A DNA stretch of 64,000 bases from Candidatus Obscuribacterales bacterium (lineage in GTDB: Bacteria; Cyanobacteriota; Vampirovibrionia; Obscuribacterales; Obscuribacteraceae), in assembly GCA_965228855.1 (NCBI GenBank), contig CBDDIJ010000002.1:992001-1056000 (forward strand). The letters are read 5' to 3'. Below the pieces are notes generated by a model, which was given only the letters and a program-made list of their open reading frames with translations, ran no database searches and was not told the origin of the DNA. This document shows, in pieces, positions 61,189-64,000 of this stretch (positions within the stretch are counted from its first letter, which is position 1; every line of letters begins with the position of its first letter). The position numbers were made by a program, and so were the translations under genes.

Positions 61189-62676
61189 ATGAATACGAGA
61201 ACTAACAACGCAGCACCGGAGCGCGAACTTCCGTTCGTCGTCGTCAACCTCGACACAATGACTCCGGCAGAAGAGCAGTACGCCGAACGCTTCGACAGCC
61301 GTCTCATCGGACAGCCCGAAGCCCGGCAGATCGCACTCGACGTGCGAGCCAAGTATCGCAACCCGCTTCGCAACAAGGAATACCCGCTGGGCGTTTACTA
61401 CTGCGTCGGCAAGTCCCGCCGCGGTAAGTCGCTCCTGGCACAGGTCCTGGCGGAGCTGTTCCACGGCAACAAGAAGGCTCTGACTCGCATCACCGCCGAG
61501 GATTACCTCGACGACAGTCAGATGTCTGATCTCACCGGTGCGACGCCGAAGTATGTCGGCTACCGCGCTCCGGTCGACGTGAGCAAGATGTCCAGCGAGG
61601 AACTCGCGAAGACTGACGGCTACAGCAAGGTGTCGCAGTGGAACCGCACCCGTGTGCGCCTGGGCTCGAAAGAGTTCATCGACGTGGTCGTCATCGAAGA
61701 GTTCGAGAAGTCGGGCTACGACTTCTTCAAGTTCTGGATGGAGATCTTCGACAAGGGCGCCAAGACCCTGGGTAACGGCGAGGAATGCGACTTCAGCAAC
61801 ACCGTGTTCATCCTCACCTCCAACATCGGCATGGAACGTGTCGAGCGCGAAGAGAAGGGTGGCATCGGTTTCACCAGCACGCAGAAGACGCTGACCCACA
61901 AGGAAATCGTCAACATCGTCTCCCAGGAGATGAAGCGTGCGTACAAGCCCGAGTTCCGCAACCGTCTCGACGGCGTGGTGGTCTTCCGTGAGCTCTCCAA
62001 CGAAGATGTTGCGAAGATCGTCGATGTCGAAGTCGACAAGATCGAGCAGCGCATCGTTGACCAGATGCCCCGCGGTCAGGACTTCACGCTCGATGTGCAG
62101 GCTTCGGCCCGCGAATTCCTGCTCGCCAAAACGGGTGGTGAAGTCGCGGAACTGAAGCGCGTCATCGAAGCGCACGTGATGAACTCGCTGGGTCGTATGC
62201 TCGACCCGGACAACGAGGAGCGCATCCTGGGCGGTGATCTCGTGCGCGTCAGCTGGGACGGGAAGTCGGACAAGCTCACCTTCGCCATCGCGCGTGGGCA
62301 CGGCGACGTCGACGGCAACCTGGAAGGTCTCAAGCTGTACGGTGGCGACACGGCTGGTTCGCTTCGCGGACTGTCGCTCCAGCGCCGTGTGGCAAGAGCC
62401 CGCATGCAGGCTCGTCGCGAGGCTGACAAGGAATGGAACCTGGTTCTGACCTTCGCCAGCAAGGACGAGTTCGAAGAGGAGGCTCCCGCTCTGATCCATG
62501 ACGTGAAGAGCGTCTTCGAGATCCGGGTGAAGGGCTATGCGATCATGGAAGAGGCGCCGTATTCGGTGACTCTGATGGTGGTCGCCTCCGACGACCAGAT
62601 CAAGCTGGCCAAGGAGCTCTATCCGGAGCTGGAGGCCAAGCCGATCACGCGTGCGCTCGTGCCCGTGAAACAGTAA
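61189..62676 (+). CDS. ClpA/B-like single (D2-type) AAA+ protein with C-terminal extension
   Basis: LIGQPEA, GKSRRGKS, KYVGY, DFSNTVFILTSNIG, KPEFRNRLD. Confidence 0.8.
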   Translation: MNTRTNNAAPERELPFVVVNLDTMTPAEEQYAERFDSRLIGQPEARQIALDVRAKYRNPLRNKEYPLGVYYCVGKSRRGKSLLAQVLAELFHGNKKALTRITAEDYLDDSQMSDLTGATPKYVGYRAPVDVSKMSSEELAKTDGYSKVSQWNRTRVRLGSKEFIDVVVIEEFEKSGYDFFKFWMEIFDKGAKTLGNGEECDFSNTVFILTSNIGMERVEREEKGGIGFTSTQKTLTHKEIVNIVSQEMKRAYKPEFRNRLDGVVVFRELSNEDVAKIVDVEVDKIEQRIVDQMPRGQDFTLDVQASAREFLLAKTGGEVAELKRVIEAHVMNSLGRMLDPDNEERILGGDLVRVSWDGKSDKLTFAIARGHGDVDGNLEGLKLYGGDTAGSLRGLSLQRRVARARMQARREADKEWNLVLTFASKDEFEEEAPALIHDVKSVFEIRVKGYAIMEEAPYSVTLMVVASDDQIKLAKELYPELEAKPITRALVPVKQ

Positions 62677-62717
62677 CAACTGCAGCGGAGGTTGCTATTG
62701 CAAAACGGACCTATTCG

Positions 62718-62859
62718 ACTTCGCGCCAGTCCGGTGAAAACGCCGATGACGACTGGCGCGAAGTGCGGAGGCGAGCCTTCGACCGCAAACCGAACACGCT
62801 GATAGCCCCCGGCTCTCAGCGTGTTCTCCTTTCGAAATACAGCACTATATAAGATAGTA
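62718..62859 (+). terminator. Two hairpins (62718-62764, 62792-62826) plus box (62843-62859)
   Basis: 14-bp perfect stem; gaacacgctga/tcagcgtgttc stem; CACTA-tataaga-TAGTA 16 nt later. Confidence 0.78.
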
Positions 62860-63332
62860 TGCATGATTCAGACAGGGCGGGAGTTTCGAGTGTTTTGTCA
62901 GAATAGAAAAGACTAGCACTATAGAAGATAGTAGTAATGATCGAGACAGAGTAGTAGTTTTCGAGTGTTTTGTCAGAATGGAATGCTCCGGTGCCTACGC
63001 CACGATGCCGGAATTTTCGAATTCCGTCATAGCCACATAGCCAAGACAGGAAATTCCGGTGTCCTGTTTAGTCGCGGAGGGGGCCGGGTACTGACACCAC
63101 AACGATTCTCGGACTTCTGAAGATATGAAGGCATATAGTAGCGAGATTCCTGTCTACGCCACGATGCCGGAATTTTCGAATTCCGTCATAGCCAGATAGC
63201 CAAGACGGGAAATTTCGGCGTTCTGTCTAGTTCGGGAGGGCTCCAGGTGCTGACACCACAACGATTCTCTGACTTTTGGAGATATGAAGGCATATAGTAG
63301 CGGGATGGGTGAAGATATGGAGGCATATAGTA
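62843..63332. repeat. Nested array with five boxes and two 54-bp cores
   Basis: Boxes at 62843, 62917, 63124, 63283, 63316; cores at 62991 and 63150; repeat periods 74, 159 and 33 bp. Confidence 0.88.
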
Positions 63333-63515
63333 GCGAGGTTTTTGGGGACTACGTAGTTTCCCCACTGACTTTTTGATTGGGGTTGTGTATAAACGGTAAA
63401 AGCGCCCTGTTAGACCACTTACTACTTACTAAACGCAAGCTGCACTCAGACCTCTGAGCCGAAGGCGTGCTGCAAATCCGTACTCGTGTTTAGCTGCGCG
63501 AGTTTAGGAGCTATT

Positions 63516-64000
63516 ATGGACAATTTGAAAGTTGATTTGAGCGCAAGCGATTTCGCGTCCGACGGTAAGCTCGGTTCCGGAGAATCGGGCACTGGGATGT
63601 GGACCGAGGCGATGATGCGCGAGCTGCTTGCGGAAGTACCGAGAGGCTCATTCGAAGACCTTCTTCGGGAGGCGAATCAGAAGGAGAGCGAGCGTTCTAT
63701 CAAGTTGGAAGCGGCGACCGAACGTTTGTATCAGGCGATTCTGAGCCGGCGGACGGAGGAGTTGATTGACTTGCTCTGCGATCTGCCTTCGAAGGATTTG
63801 CGCGCGGTGGTTTCCGACGTGGCAAACACCTTCCAGCAAAACGGTCTTCGTTCCGTTGACGTTCGAGTCGATGATTTCGATCGGATTGTGCTGTTCGACC
63901 AGGACAAAAACCGCGGATTTGCGGTCGCTGCGAGTGGAAGCTACCAGCGTGTCTCGAGGTTTTACGACTCGTCTTATCGCTATGGTCTGGAAGTTTGGCT
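63516..64000 (+). CDS. Hypothetical protein, 3'-partial
   Basis: AGGAG RBS; frame MDNLKVDLSASD... is open to the window end. Confidence 0.65.
   Translation, partial: MDNLKVDLSASDFASDGKLGSGESGTGMWTEAMMRELLAEVPRGSFEDLLREANQKESERSIKLEAATERLYQAILSRRTEELIDLLCDLPSKDLRAVVSDVANTFQQNGLRSVDVRVDDFDRIVLFDQDKNRGFAVAASGSYQRVSRFYDSSYRYGLEVW

Overview
Bacterial chromosomal window. Protein types (Ser/Thr kinase with Cys-rich head and LRR tail, many TPR and PAS-kinase genes) suggest Ca. Melainabacteria/Obscuribacterales; this is inference, not a search result. The window is a mosaic of two gene classes. (i) Moderate-GC backbone genes: agmatinase, tadA, TPR proteins, two membrane glycosyltransferase-like paralogues, Uma2, HDAC-family deacetylase, two-component genes, kinase, PHB-depolymerase-family esterase. 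(ii) Twelve transcription units, mostly with visibly C/G-ending codons and long non-coding leaders: trxB, M49 peptidase, two APC permeases, pepA-patatin operon, S1 protein-tRNA-Trp, MoxR/vWA operon, GH130, patatin-bdhA-ClpP-like, plsC-rhomboid, CYTH-Clp-like ATPase. The main discovery is non-coding architecture read by eye. All 12 class-(ii) units end in a strong hairpin followed 13-29 nt later by a degenerate palindrome TACTA-N7-TAGTA. Next to these boxes lie three families of symmetric 44-54 bp sites, often tandemly amplified. In both places where two class-(ii) units end head-to-head with no backbone gene between them, the gap holds a paralogous PLD(HKD)-CxxC-HTH(XRE) gene associated with inverted repeat arrays. 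I propose this box/repeat/PLD-HTH set as a candidate undescribed boundary, regulatory or mobility system. All function statements about it are hypotheses; no computation or database search was run.
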